Part shown: in pieces, positions 11,060 through 24,332 of the stretch | How the letters are laid out: the number at the start of each line of letters is the position of its first letter | Position numbering within the stretch: the first letter of the stretch is position 1 | Source: Octopus bimaculoides | Taxonomy: Eukaryota | Direction: 5' to 3' | Assembly (NCBI RefSeq): GCF_001194135.2 | Contig: NC_068991.1 | Span: forward strand, 34,348,761 to 34,387,952 | DNA length: 39,192 bases | Notes under the pieces: generated by a model | What the model saw: the letters and a program-made list of their open reading frames with translations, nothing else | Told to the model about the DNA's origin: nothing | The model's database searches: none | Program-made: the position numbers and the translations under genes

Positions 11060-14000
11060 ATTTATAATGGAATATAAAACACTTCAAGAAGCCAGCCAAC
11101 CAACTCATTACTTACCAGTCTGGTAAACCCACAAGTCAGAGAGATTACATTCTAACCAGGAAAAGGGACAGAGGAGTGATTGTAAATGCCAAAACCTTTT
11201 CTGACTAAGAATGCTTTATGCAACATTAGTAGCAAGTGACTTCAGAGTTAGAACCAGGTAGACACAGAAATGAACTATGACATAGAGAAGGAAAAGTCAG
11301 AAACTGAAAGATTCTGCAGTTTGGAACAGATTTTGAGAAATTCTAATTATGCACATAACTGTAGGGAGGAAGATTGAGATGCCTGAGGATTTCTTAGAAA
11401 TAACCTGTTTAGGGCTACACATCAGACATGGCTGGAGCAAAGCCAAAACAAAAGAAACATGGTGGTGGAATGATACATCTGATAGGGCAGTAAAGACTAA
11501 AAGAATGACTTCGAAAATCTGGAAGAAAGTGTCTAGTATGGAGCATTACCAAATGGCCAGAAGGGTAGCTAGGTGGCAAATATGCTTAGCTAAGGTTGAA
11601 ACGATTTGCACATATCTTGCAGCATGAGGATCAGAGGCAAGATGTTCAGGATCAAGAGACAGTGTGTAATAGAGAACCAAGCTCTCATTGGTGACAAATG
11701 TTTTCAGAATAATGAACATGCACTCACCATTGATATAGAAGACAAGAAAATAGTGTGGAAGTGCTTTTATGAGTGGCTGCTGAATGTTGAGAATGTAGAG
11801 GACAAAGAGGGGCTACTTCATACTGACACTATAGAAGTACCAACAATTAAAGACATAAAGAGAGAGACAACTGCAGGTCCATAAAGGATAGTTGCTGAGA
11901 TGCTCAAAATATCCAGTGAAGTACAGTATATTATTATACACCCTGATAGTTAATCAAGTTATACAAGGAGTCATACCCAATGACTAGCATAGCAATAGCA
12001 TTATAAACTGTTACAAAGATGAAGGAGATGCCCTAGAGAGAAGCGACTATAAAGGAATGAAATTACTGAATCAAGTTATGAAAATCACAGAGAGGGTTGT
12101 TGGTGCAACTGATATGTGACAGGGTAGACTTAAATAAGATGCAGTTTGGTTTCGTATCCAGAAGAATAAACCATTAATTTTGGGATTCATTGACTTAAAG
12201 AAAGTGTTTGACAGGGTACCACTTACAGAAATTTGGTTGATACTAAGGAAACTTGGCATTGACAAATGGCTTGTGAGGACTGTACAAGTCATATATACAG
12301 ATGCAGTAAGTAAAATGAGAGTCAACAAAAACTTCAGTGATGAATTTAGAATGTAAGTTGGAATCCATCAAGGTTCAGTCCTCATCCCACTCCTATTTAT
12401 CATACATCAAGGTTCAGTTCTCAGCCCACTCCTATTCAACATAGTCCTACAGGTCATCACAGAGGAGTTTAAGATTGGCTATCCTTGAGAACTCCTATAT
12501 GCTGATGATCTATTTCTCATAGCTTAATCTATAGAGGAATTAGAGAAGAAATTTCAGGCATGGAAGCTGAACCTAGAATTGAGATGACATAAGGTAAACC
12601 TAGCAAAGACAAAGTAGGAAAGAAGACAGGATCTTATCTTCTGGGAAATGGCCTTGCTCAATGTGCTGAAAAGGAGTAGGTAAAAACTTTTTATATTGTG
12701 TCAAATGTAAACAATGAACACCCAGAGGACATAAGTTTTGTTCTTAGTACATACTGATGTAGTATGTACAATGAGCACACCGGAAATTGAATGTTAAACA
12801 AAGATTTTTTTCTCAGAATAAAGGGCAAATTGTATGAAGCTTGTGTTAGAACTGCAATGTTTCATGGTTGTGAGACAGACTTTGAATACAGGGTATTTGA
12901 GAAATGAAGCTAACATATTCATTTAGATGTGCAATGTGAGTGTGAATGAAAGAATTAGTACAAAACTGCTGAGAGAAGAACTGGGCATAAGAGGAATCAA
13001 ATTTAGTGTATAAGAAAGAAGACTGTGCTGGTCTGGATATGTGATGAGGACAGCTGTATAAAGAAGTGCTGGTCACTTAATGTGGACGGAGCTTACTGAA
13101 GAGGGAGGCCTAAGAAGACAATGGATGAAGTGGTGAAGGCTAACTTCAGGATCCTGACCCTCAAGAAGGAGATGACAAAAGACTGGAATGACTGGTGACA
13201 TGAGGTTCTCAAGAAGACCTGCTTACCTCATTGAAACTGAGTTCTGAAAACACTGTGTGTGTACGTGTATGTATTTTTATAAATATACACAAATAAGCCC
13301 TTTACTCAATCTCCCTCTGAAATCACCAACACTACCTCTCACTACAGCTCTCCCTTCATACCACTTATTTTTCGTACTACCCAGAAGCATTTCACATGTT
13401 ATTCATTTTTCCATCTTTTAATACTGTTCTTTCCATCCATACTTTACATTGATCACATGCCTCCACTGGACCCACAAATTATCTTCCTCATCCCAACATA
13501 TTTTTCTCACTCTTCATTCACTATGCCTGACTCTCTTTCTCTCTGACACTTCTACAATCTTCCCAACCACATGTTATCTCTCTCTCAACCTTCTCTTATT
13601 TACTACTGTATTGTATCATCTGTAGCCCTTTACTTCTCCCAAAATATGCATCATTAGTCATACCCCTCCTCCCTTATCCATCATTCATAACATCTACCCT
13701 TCAATTTTACCCAATATTCATAGTTCTTGTCTTCCCCTCACCATTTTCTCAATTTCTCACTCTCCCATATACTCTAGCAAGTCAAACCCACGTTTACGTC
13801 TAGTTCTTCTGTCCTCATTCATTTCTACCCTCCTTGTATCTTGAGGAGCACCTGGACACCTCACCACCACTATTTTATCTCTTTCCAGCACCACCAAACC
13901 ACTCCCACCTTTGCTTCTTAAATGTGAAAAGCCATGTAGCTCCTCTATTGCAAGAAACCTGCTATGTCATGTTCACTCATACTTAAACCATTTATCTAGC

Positions 14001-14245
14001 ATAAAGCTGCCTTCCTCTTGAGATTTGTAGTGTTGCAAACTGCATAGCTACCTTACCATACCATAGCTGGTGCCATGGAAAATACACCCAGTGCATGCTG
14101 TAAAGAGATTGGCATTAAGAAGAGCATCTAACCATAGAAATCATGCCAAAGTAGACACTAGAGCACAGTGCAGTCCTTGGATATATTGGATTCTATCTAA
14201 TTATTCAACTCATGCTAGCGTGGAACATGGATTAAATGACAACAA
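11060..14245 (+). mobile_element. 5'-truncated, decayed RTE-clade LINE (endonuclease C-terminus, RT, long pyrimidine-rich 3' region)
   Basis: Reads KETWWWND...AVK.KR, FIDLKKVFDRVP, HQGSVLSPLLFNIVL, ELLYADDL, KWPCSMC and GRPKKT. The 3' terminal segment at about 14070-14245 ends in a aac/atg-type short tandem tail. Confidence 0.88.
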
Positions 14246-14618
14246 CAATGATTATGGTGAGGATGTGTGAAGAAGAATTTTCACTTGTTTCACAGACAAT
14301 TTATCGGCTACTTAGTGTGACCAGTATAGTCTATTCTACTAAGAGGAAGAGAGCAACAGGACCATTGACAGGACTCAAACCTTGTATCTATTGTTTGTCA
14401 GATACTTATGTTACTGATAAGATAGATTACTGAACGTCAAATATTTCCTTTTTTCTGAAACTGGCTATTGTATAAGGTTTTGGATGTAGCAAGATGTTCC
14501 ATTTTGGTTGTTTCTTTGCAATGAGAAAAAAAATTCTCTATTTTCATTAATTTGTAATTAATTCATATTTATGGTGTTAATATTTTCTGATTTTCTTGAA
14601 ATATTGAAATTTTTATTT

Positions 14619-14806
14619 ACTCTTTCACTTGTTTCAGTCATTTGACTGTGGCCATGCTGGAGCACCGCCTTTAGTCAAGCAATTCAACCCCAGGACTTAA
14701 TCTTTGTAAGCCTAGTACTTATTCTATCGGTCTCTTTTGCCGAACCGCTAAGTTACGGGGACGTAAACACACCAGCATTGGTTGTCAAGCGATGTTNNNN
14801 NNNNNN

Positions 14807-14838
<32 letters not shown>

Positions 14839-14990
14839 ACGGGCTTCTTTCAGTTTCCGTCTACCAAATCCACTCACAAGGCTTTGGTCGGCCTGAGGTT
14901 ATAGTAGAAAACACTTGCCCAAGGTGCCACACAGTGGGACTGAACCCGGAATCATGTGGTTCGTAAGCAAGCTACTTACCACACAGCCAT
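14619..14990 (-). mobile_element. Near full-length tRNA-derived SINE family 1 (resembles the octopus OK-type SINE)
   Basis: On the minus strand: Pol III-like head TGGCTGTGTGGTAAG...GGTTCAGTCCC, internal (TA)n, and tail ...GACTGAAACAAGTGAAAGAG. Matches 20896-21280. Confidence 0.9.
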
Positions 14991-15029
14991 AGGTATAAAA
15001 GGTCATATCATCAAGAAAAAATCCCAGAA

Positions 15030-18000
15030 AGTAAAAAAGGTGGGGATTAAGCAACAAAAGATGATGGGTGGAAGTAACAAGTTGTACCCCAGTCCAAATA
15101 GTGTGTTTAGCTGTGCCTCACAAAGGTGTTGTCAGTGAAAATGGCCAGCAACACTCACTACAACAGCCACCCCACCTCACAATGCTCATTTCTTGGATAG
15201 ATTACTATCATCCCAATTTTGCAGAGGAAATCACCAGTGCAAGGTCCAAAAGCACTTAAAGCTTCAACAGCAACAAGTACAAACAGATAGTCGTCAATCA
15301 GGCTCTGGTATTTGTTTAACTTCCTATCCTCTGCATTACAGGCAGCAATGCCCAAATCTGCAGCTAATGCACCAAGATTGCAATTGGAGAGCATGTTGCA
15401 GCACATTGTATCCCAAATTAGGGATTTACTTCCTACATATGGGAAGTAGGTCATTCTGTCAGGGCACTTACCATCTCCGTGATCAAGACCTATTGGCTCC
15501 AATTGTAACAGGAAACCAACTGTAACAAGGCCCCTTCTGATGATGGAATTCAGAGTGACATGTCAGGAGAACCTGCCTGCACTATGGGTGCAGGATAACA
15601 AATGCAGGCTAAATTAATTGACTACATTTCCATGATGGCATTTGTGTGGCTCACACATGTAGAGACTGCGGCACTGAGCCACTCTGATATAGGTGCACTC
15701 ATCATCAAGAAGGGTTCCTGTTGATGAAGGGGGCACCAAGTCGAGTCACACACTGCTGTTTGGCTGCAAAGCAGAGTAGGGGAAGGTGAGGCAGTGCTGG
15801 TCTAAGGATGTCTCAGTCAGCCTGAAGATAGATTTGCATTTGATGTTGTCCTAGCTATGTTAGACATCTGTATTCCGGGAGACAGTAATGCCTTCAATGG
15901 TTCAATCAACTAGAGCTGACTCCATTTTCCAGGCCACATCAGGTTCAGTCACCCTACAGATTACCTCTCTAATGAGGGTGTGGCTGGAGGAGATTGAGGA
16001 AAGATAGGCCAGCAGTCCCAGGTCCAAAGTGGAATGGAGACTGAGGCCATCACATTTCACACGTAGTGTCATCTGATGTCAGCCAATGTTGTCAAAATTA
16101 ACATTCAGCACAGTGCCAAATGCTGGCATTAATTTTGCGTAGGCAATCTTTGAGAGGATGACATGGTTCACTGCATAGCAAGGAAAGGCGTTTAGGCAGG
16201 ACAAAGCAATTCCTCAAGAGGAAGAATGTCAGGTACATGTCAACGAGGCTTGATCCCTCTATTATCCTGGACAGATCCACAAGCTTGGTCTCCAGGCACT
16301 CTCTTGTGGCTTGCAGGTGGATTATGGTAAAAAAAGGTAAAGTTATCTTCTTGAGTCATACCAACTCATAAGGGCTGGTTTCATGGCGTATATATTCCCC
16401 ACCTGGATGGGACACCCGTCCATTACAGGATTACTCATTTTTGCCAGCTGAGTGAACTAGAGCAATGTGAAATGAAATGTTTTACTCAAGAACACAATGC
16501 ATCGCCTGGTCCAGGAATCAAAACCACGATCTTATGATCATGAGTCCAACACCCTAACCACTAAGCCAAGTGTCTCCACTTACAGGTGGATTGGGGAGTC
16601 AAGGATGCAGATGGTATCCCTTGGTGTCATCCAAACTTACACCAAGATGGGCTGGATGCTGAGTGCAATATCCTAGAATTCAGCCTCACCATAACTCATG
16701 TTTCTCACCTCTGACTTGTATGGGTTGATCTCAAGCCCAAGGGGCTTTAAGGCTGGGATGACCTGCTAAAAGTCCCCAGCTGCAGACTCAGCTAAGCCAC
16801 CCAGGGTTATATCATCCATGTACCAGACATTAAAGGGTGAGCAGACTAATCAGGCAAGATCATTGACTGCCAACACAAAAAAGGGCAGGCCAAAAGGGTC
16901 ATCTTGCTGGACATCTGTTGCAAAAACAATCCTGTTGTCACAGCCATGAGTATGCTGGGTGTCTTGTAGGAGAGGTATGCAAGTGGATATAATGAGAGAA
17001 CACATGTTAGACATGTCTCAAAGATGTGGTCTTGGATAATGCTGCTGATGTTGTTTTTTATGTCCAGCTTCAGTAAGAGGCAAGGTGACAAGGAAAGTGT
17101 GTGATGTATGTTAGTGTCGAACAACATGGGCAGTAGCCTCACAGCCACTTCTACCCCTAGCTGGGAAGGGCTCAGTGCCTTGTTCAGGTATTCTGAAACT
17201 AATCTACATGCTATCCTGACCACAAGTCAATGAAAGATGTTGTCCACCACTATTGGATGGATGCCTGCATCCTTCTTCTTCAGTGCAGTAAGGTTGGCTG
17301 AGAAGAGGAGATCTTGGGTATAGCAGTGGAGGTCTGCATGCAGAAGACTCTGTCAGAACAGTAATAGATCAGAGCAAATGTGCTCCTGTCTCAGATGAGT
17401 GTGGTGAGATCAAATATCTGAGATGGCCAGGTTACAGGCCATCTACTCCACCATTGCTGCTCACAGGGAAGGATCTCAAGGCAGCAGCCACATCATCACT
17501 GGATGCAGTAAAGGCTATGTCACTGTCAAGGATTTAAAAATCTCTAATATCTGTTGGTGATCTGTAGGCTTGAGATGGAGAGTGACCAGAACATTTGGTG
17601 TGGATTCAAGCACAGTGTTGCTTGAGGCTAGCACAAGCACCACAGCAGAAACGTCACCCTCAATTAGTTTGCAGTTGACCTAGACTCAAGGCTTTCTTGT
17701 ACAATCAGTAGAGACCTCGTGCATGATGTCAGCACTATTGGGCAGCCTGAGAGAAGTGAGAGGCTAGTTGGTGAGAATTGGCTGAAAGAAGTGACAATGC
17801 ATTTGAGCCTCAAAGTCATGAAGGGAACTGAACCCTCACTTGCCATTGGGAACCCAAGAACAAACATTGCAAAACTGAATAATTTGTTCCAGTCTTGAAA
17901 GCAAGTGCCTGGTTTATAGATAACCAGGCACTTCTACAAAAGTGTGGGTAGCGTTGGGGATCCTAATTAGGATTCTCCAGTGCCAAGACTTCATTTGGGC

Positions 18001-18235
18001 TGCACCTTTGTGTTCAAGAAGTTAGGCAGCTTCTGCAGTACCACTGGTGCAATGATTCTGAGGTGCATCAAGTGAGTTTGACACATGAGAGATGCAAGAA
18101 ATTGTCACTGTCAGAACACTACCTTTCCTTCTTCCACCTGTTGCGCAGATTACAGATGTGACATTGTTCAACCTCCTGCATTGTGGCAGGCTGGGGAGTT
18201 GATATACATGGGAAAGGCTTGAGCATAACTAGAGC
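15030..18235 (-). mobile_element. Decayed CRE-like non-LTR retrotransposon (RT plus restriction-like endonuclease)
   Basis: Minus strand reads LLKLDIKN...SI.QD, DVQQDDPFG and WYMDD (16810-16823). C-terminal DGKCPD.MT..P...KSLIWD...AAC.AEDRKLNKY...VAVEALSAFGP has the PD..D endonuclease pattern. Interrupted by the SINE at 16329-16579. Confidence 0.8.
16329..16579 (-). mobile_element. tRNA-derived SINE of the family-2 group, with a different 3' half
   Basis: Minus-strand head TGGCTTAGTGGTTAGGGTGTTGG...GTTTTGATTCC and central TGTGTTCTTGAGTAAAAC...AGTTCACTCAGCTG, shared with 27795 and 34591. Confidence 0.8.
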
Positions 18236-18256
18236 CGTGTCTATATATATATGTTC

Positions 18257-18300
<44 letters not shown>

Positions 18301-19388
18301 CTGGAGGAGGCAAAGGCATATTCAAAGCCATGACTATATATTTCCTTAAAATATATATACTCTTTTACTTGTTTCAGTCATTTGACTGTGGCCGTGCTGA
18401 ATTGCCTCCTTAACTATGTTCATATACATATATANNNNNNNNNNNNNNNNNNNNNNNNNNNNNNNNNNNNNNNNNNNNNNNNNNNNNNNNNNNNNNNNNN
18501 NNNNNNNNNNNNNNNNNNNNNNNNNNNNNNNNNNNNNNNNNNNNNNNNNNNNNNNNNNNNNNNNNNNNNNNNNNNNNNNNNNNNNNNNNNNNNNNNNNNN
18601 NNNNNNNNNNNNNNNNNNNNNNNNNNNNNNNNNNNNNNNNNNNNNNNNNNNNNNNNNNNNNNNNNNNNNNNNNNNNNNNNNNNNNNNNNNNNNNNNNNNN
18701 NNNNNNNNNNNNNNNNNNNNNNNNNNNNNNNNNNNNNNNNNNNNNNNNNNNNNNNNNNNNNNNNNNNNNNNNNNNNNNNNNNNNNNNNNNNNNNNNNNNN
18801 NNNNNNNNNNNNNNNNNNNNNNNNNNNNNNNNNNNNNNNNNNNNNNNNNNNNNNNNNNNNNNNNNNNNNNNNNNNNNNNNNNNNNNNNNNNNNNNNNNNN
18901 NNNNNNNNNNNNNNNNNNNNNNNNNNNNNNNNNNNNNNNNNNNNNNNNNNNNNNNNNNNNNNNNNNNNNNNNNNNNNNNNNNNNNNNNNNNNNNNNNNNN
19001 NNNNNNNNNNNNNNNNNNNNNNNNNNNNNNNNNNNNNNNNNNNNNNNNNNNNNNNNNNNNNNNNNNNNNNNNNNNNNNNNNNNNNNNNNNNNNNNNNNNN
19101 NNNNNNNNNNNNNNNNNNNNNNNNNNNNNNNNNNNNNNNNNNNNNNNNNNNNNNNNNNNNNNNNNNNNNNNNNNNNNNNNNNNNNNNNNNNNNNNNNNNN
19201 NNNNNNNNNNNNNNNNNNNNNNNNNNNNNNNNNNNNNNNNNNNNNNNNNNNNNNNNNNNNNNNNNNNNNNNNNNNNNNNNNNNNNNNNNNNNNNNNNNNN
19301 NNNNNNNNNNNNNNNNNNNNNNNNNNNNNNNNNNNNNNNNNNNNNNNNNNNNNNNNNNNNNNNNNNNNNNNNNNNNNNNNNNNNNNNN

Positions 19389-19449
<61 letters not shown>

Positions 19450-19749
19450 AGCAGCTATACACACATATACATAATATATCAGCTCGCATATACTTAAATA
19501 TATAATTATTACCAACCTATACTTACATACTTATAACCTCTACACTCTACACATATACATCATTTCCACTTAATTGCACTCATTTGTGTACTCAGTAAGC
19601 AAGAGTATGCATACATGTATTTATCTATGTGCGCAATAACAGCATTAAACACATGTATATTCACACATGTATGTATACATTTACATACACACAAACATAC
19701 ACTTCTAATACATTTATATCCATCCCCACATGTGCATACATATTTATAT

Positions 19750-20085
19750 AAGCATAAGAGATTAACAATTCAGGGACAAACCAAGATAAACTAGAATAAC
19801 AAATTTAAAACAAAGGAAATAAATAAAGTGAAAAAAGTAAAAATATAAAAACATAGAATATAAAAATATTAAAAAATAAAAACATAATAAGGGCATAAGA
19901 TATAAAGGATAAAAAAACAACAACAATTTGAGATATATGTATAAGATAAATCATAAAATATGATAAATGTATTAAGAATGTGATAAGAATATAAAAAAAT
20001 ATCAGAAGATATAAAAAGTATAAGGATTATGTATAAGATGTAGAATATAAAATACATAATATATAATCTATAATAATAAAATCAA
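19750..20085. repeat. A-rich, C-poor low-complexity tract
   Basis: Strongly skewed composition (aaaata, aagata units). No coding signal. Confidence 0.7.
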
Positions 20086-20569
20086 AATTCTGTCTGTTTG
20101 GGACCCCTGTATCTCAGTCTACATAGACATATTATACTTTTTTGGAATCAGGATAATCCCAGAATTGAAAATCTGCCCTTCATTTGGTTCTTGAACATCC
20201 AGCATTGGGTTCTGATTTAAAAGCATCTGGGTTGCTATTTCTAGCAGGTAAAGCTTGGCTGATTCATGCCATCTTGGTTGGCATTTGTCAGAGATCAAGG
20301 GAGAGATAAATGATATTCACTTTGTTAATTTTATGTCGAGATAAGAACTTTAGGACAAATTGGCAACAGTTGGAATTCAACTTGGGACTGGAACAATAGA
20401 ATGATTACATTACAAAATTAATGTAATCCTTAAAAAATTAATTCTCATCCTTCTTTAACCTCTGATCAAACACCGCTGCAGCATATAGTCATTATAGACA
20501 TATTATAGTCGTGCTATTTAGCTCTCTTTAGTTTTGGGCCAGAGGCCCAATTATCCCTTCATAGGCGCA

Positions 20570-20608
20570 AGCTTAAAAGTCTGCATGGAGTGCGGCTTTT
20601 AAGCTAGT
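20570..20608 (+). other. Palindrome ending in CTAG|T, possible Helitron 3' terminus
   Basis: AGCTTAAAAGT-CTGCA-tggag-TGCGG-CTTTTAAG-CTAG-T: a GC-rich hairpin 8 nt before CTAG|T. Confidence 0.45.
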
Positions 20609-20895
20609 ACAATATGAATATCAATATTATGTCAATATCATAAGTATATGAAAAAAGTATTTTGATTACTCACTGGCCAAATTTTGGTTGGAGGAGTCAA
20701 AAATAAGCAATTTTGTTTTGAAATTGGGATATTTTAAAATGTTGAATTCTTGTAATATATTCACCTGAACAAAACAGTTTTTTTCGCATGATGTAATAAT
20801 TCTATTCACCAGTATAAGAAAACATGTCTGAAACAGCTGTAGTGAATCACAATCCACCTGCTGTTATTTGTTTATGTGTGTGTGTTTAATAAATA

Positions 20896-21280
20896 GGCAT
20901 AGAAGTGGCTGTGTGGTAAGAATCTTGCTTCCCAACCACATGGTTCTGTGTTCAGTCCCACTGCATGACACCTTGGGCAAGTGTCTTCTACTACAGTCAT
21001 GAGCCAACCAAAGTCTTGTGCATAGTAACAGAAGAAGCCCATCATATATATATATATGTATGTATATACTTGTGTGTCTGTGTTTATCCCTCCACCATCG
21101 CCTGACAACTGATGTTGGTGTGTTTACATCCCTGTAACTTAATAGTTCTGCAAAAGAGACCAATAGAATAAGTACTAGGCTTAAAAAGAATAAGTCCTGG
21201 GGTCGATTTGTTTGACTAAAGGCAGTGCTCCAGCATGGCTTCAGTCAGATGACTGAAACAAGTAAAAGAATAAAAGAATA
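20896..21280 (+). mobile_element. Full-length tRNA-derived SINE family 1
   Basis: Head GTGGCTGTGTGGTAAG...GTTCAGTCCCAC, internal (TA)n/(TG)n, and tail GACTGAAACAAGTAAAAGAATAAAAGAATA. Confidence 0.9.
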
Positions 21281-22028
21281 AATGTTCTGTTAATTTGGTT
21301 TGAGTGCAATAAATATGTTGTGTTATGCACATAAAATATATGAATTAAAATAAACTAAAATGAAAAAAATTAAATTAAACATTTTGAATTGGAAATGAAA
21401 TTAAAGAAACATACAAGGTTGTAAATAAACATTAATTTTCTGTTTGTCTGTCTTTTTTACAAAAATGATTAATAAGAAACAAAAAGATAATTAAAATGAA
21501 AGAAAAAAAGAAAATTTAATGTAACAAAAGGCAGTTCATGGAAATGGTTAAAATATTAAAAATTCACTGAAAAAGTTTCTGTTAAAAATTCTCACCTATT
21601 GTGTTTATTTTCTTTTTCGTAAGAAAGGACATTCAACAATGTAGCCTGTAGGAGGTGAATTTCTTGCTAAAAGAGTATGTGACATGGAATATTTGGAAAT
21701 TCTTTACTGAAGAAAATTCTCCAGAGTTATACGATAATATAAGGCAATTTTGTCTTGTTAAAAGAAACAGCACAATGTTTGTTGCTTTGATTATAAAATG
21801 GATTTAATGCATGGGAGTGGATGAGACAAAGCTTTTTGTTAGAAAATGCAGTTCAAATTAAAGTTCTGTCACAAATATGAAACCAGTGTATGTCAGAATA
21901 AAGAAATAAAATGGAGCTGTGGAAACATTTTTATACAAGTATCAAGACTTGATTTGGGAAGAAAAGATAGTTCATGCTCTTCTGGCATACCCAGAGCCAT
22001 GCTTATATATGTGCTTAAAATATATATG

Positions 22029-22077
<49 letters not shown>

Positions 22078-22087
22078 NNNNNNNNNN

Positions 22088-23225
22088 TGACTATAAAAAC
22101 AAATTGTGCATAATTTAGTTTACAGCTGTTAGTTCAGTGTCAATTTTAACACGGAGTGCAAAAACAAACATTTTCTCTACATTTTGCTTTTTTATTTCCG
22201 TAATGGCAAGAAAGCTGCTGAGGCTCACAAAGAGATATGTGAAGTTTATGGTCTTGATTGCTTAAGAGAATGCACATGTCAGAAATGGTTTTAAAAATTC
22301 TGTTCTGGAGATTTTACGCTCAAAGATGACCAACATTCTGGTCGACCTACTGAAGTTGATGATGACCAAATCAAAGCCATAATTTAATTTGATTGTCATA
22401 TAACTGTGTGAGAGATTTCAGAGAGGTTAAATATATCACACACAACAATTGAAAATCACTTAAAATGCCTTGGACTCGTTAAAAACCACAATATTTGGGT
22501 TCCACATGAATTGAAAGAGATTCATTTAACACAGTGAATCAATATTTGCGATATGCCTCTCAAACGTAATGAAATCGACCTTTTTTGAAATTAATTATCA
22601 CTGGTGATAAAAAATGGATTGTCTACAATAACATCAATCAAAATCGATTATGGTCCAAGTGTAATGAACCAGCACAAACCACACTGAAAGCTGAATGGTA
22701 TCAAAGAAACATCATGGTGGGATTACAAAGGTGTTGTGTATTTTGAGGTGCTTCCAAGGAACCAAGCAAACAATTCAGATGTTTACTGTCATCAACTAAT
22801 GAAACTGGAGGAAGCAATGAAAGTAAAACAACCAGAATTGCAAATCATAAAGGAATTGTGTTTCACCATGACAGCATTAGACCACACATGTCTTTATTAA
22901 CTCGTGAAAAATTATTGGAGCTTGGTTGGGACACATCCACCATATAGTCCTGACCTTGCACTATCAGATTTTGAAGTTTGCAAAATTCTTTGAATGGTAA
23001 AACTTACAATAATGATGATGACCTGAAATTGCACTTGCTTCAGTTTTGGCTGATAAGGACTAGAAGTTTTGTGAGTGTAGAATTGTGAAGTTGCCAGAAA
23101 GATGGCAAAAGGTCATCGAACAAAATGGAAAATATACAATTGATTAAAGTTCATTCTTTGTATGAAAAAAAAAAAAACTTTTATTTCACACTAAAAAACC
23201 GAAATTACTTTCTTGCCAACCCTAT
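22088..23225 (+). mobile_element. Mariner (Hsmar1/SETMAR-like DD34D) transposon, inactive
   Basis: Reads AAEAHKEICEVYG, SGRPTEVDDD, WVPHELKE, ITGDKKWIVYNN, FHHDSIRPH and HPPYSPDLA. Right terminal inverted repeat (TIR) AACCGAAATTACTTTCTTGCCAACCC followed by TA. The left TIR is not visible, possibly lost at the gap. Confidence 0.93.
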
Positions 23226-24332
23226 ACACACACACACACACACACACACACATGACAGAAATAAATAGACATTCAATAAAACATTGTTTTATGTTTATTC
23301 TAAGTTGCAGTGGTTTATATTTTTCATTAATTGACGCTTTTATGTTTCAGGTTCTATATGTGGCTGTTTAATCAAGCCATGTACAAAAGAAGCCTTGGAA
23401 CTGTCTGAATTTCAAAGAGGCCATATTGTCAGTCAATCTGAAGGTGGACATAGCATAAAATTGCAGAAAACCTTGGGATCCCACTTTCTAGAGTGACTGC
23501 GCAATTCACCAGAGACAGGAAGGAGTCTACATCACCTTGCCCAGGTTGACCAGGGCTCTCTGACAGGACCTTTCTCTTTGTTAAGAGAAGTGTGTAGGAT
23601 AATTCTTGTTGCAAGGCCTCTGACATAGCAGAGCACGTTGATGTCAGTCCCAGAACAGCTGTCAGGTATCTCCACAAACTTGGTTACTATGGCAGAGCAG
23701 CAAGAAGGAAGCCATTTCTTTGACCAGCCAATATCAAGTGGAGAAAAGATTGGGCCAGTGAGATGGTGGAGAGGTCACTAGCATTTTGGGACATTGTCAA
23801 ATTCTCCAATGAGTCCAGATTTGCTGTATTTTCTAACAGTGGTTGAGTGTGGGCCTGGAGACTGTGATTAAGAGTTTGACGTGAAAAGATTGCAACCAAC
23901 AATGAAACATGGCAGCTATTCTGTGATGGTCTGGAGAGCAATAGTCAATCAAAGCTGGTGGAGTGTGAGGGAAACATAAACTCAGATAGATGTGTGTCCA
24001 TATTGTAGAAAGGATTCCTTTCAATCTTCTCCAGTGGTGAAATGATTAAAGAAGACTCTTTATTTATGGAAGATGGGGCTCCTGGCATTAAAAAGCTTCC
24101 ATGGCCAAGCCAGTCACCAGATATGAACCCTATTGAACACCTCTGGGGCACTTCATAAAAAGAACAAGAAAGTATCTTCAAAGCCAGATCTTTTGAGATT
24201 ACTGGATGAAACTTGGCAAGAAATTCTTCAAGAGAAAATTCATCATCCGATCATTAACATGCCTAATAGGGTCCTTGTATTGAAAAATGCAAGGGGAATG
24301 TCTACTAAATATTAAATATTCACATTATAACA

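Noticed and set aside
18346-19515. Longest ORFs in the track (342-389 aa), also those at 33954-34617 and 36093-36464
   Set aside because: Composed almost entirely of X from assembly gaps.
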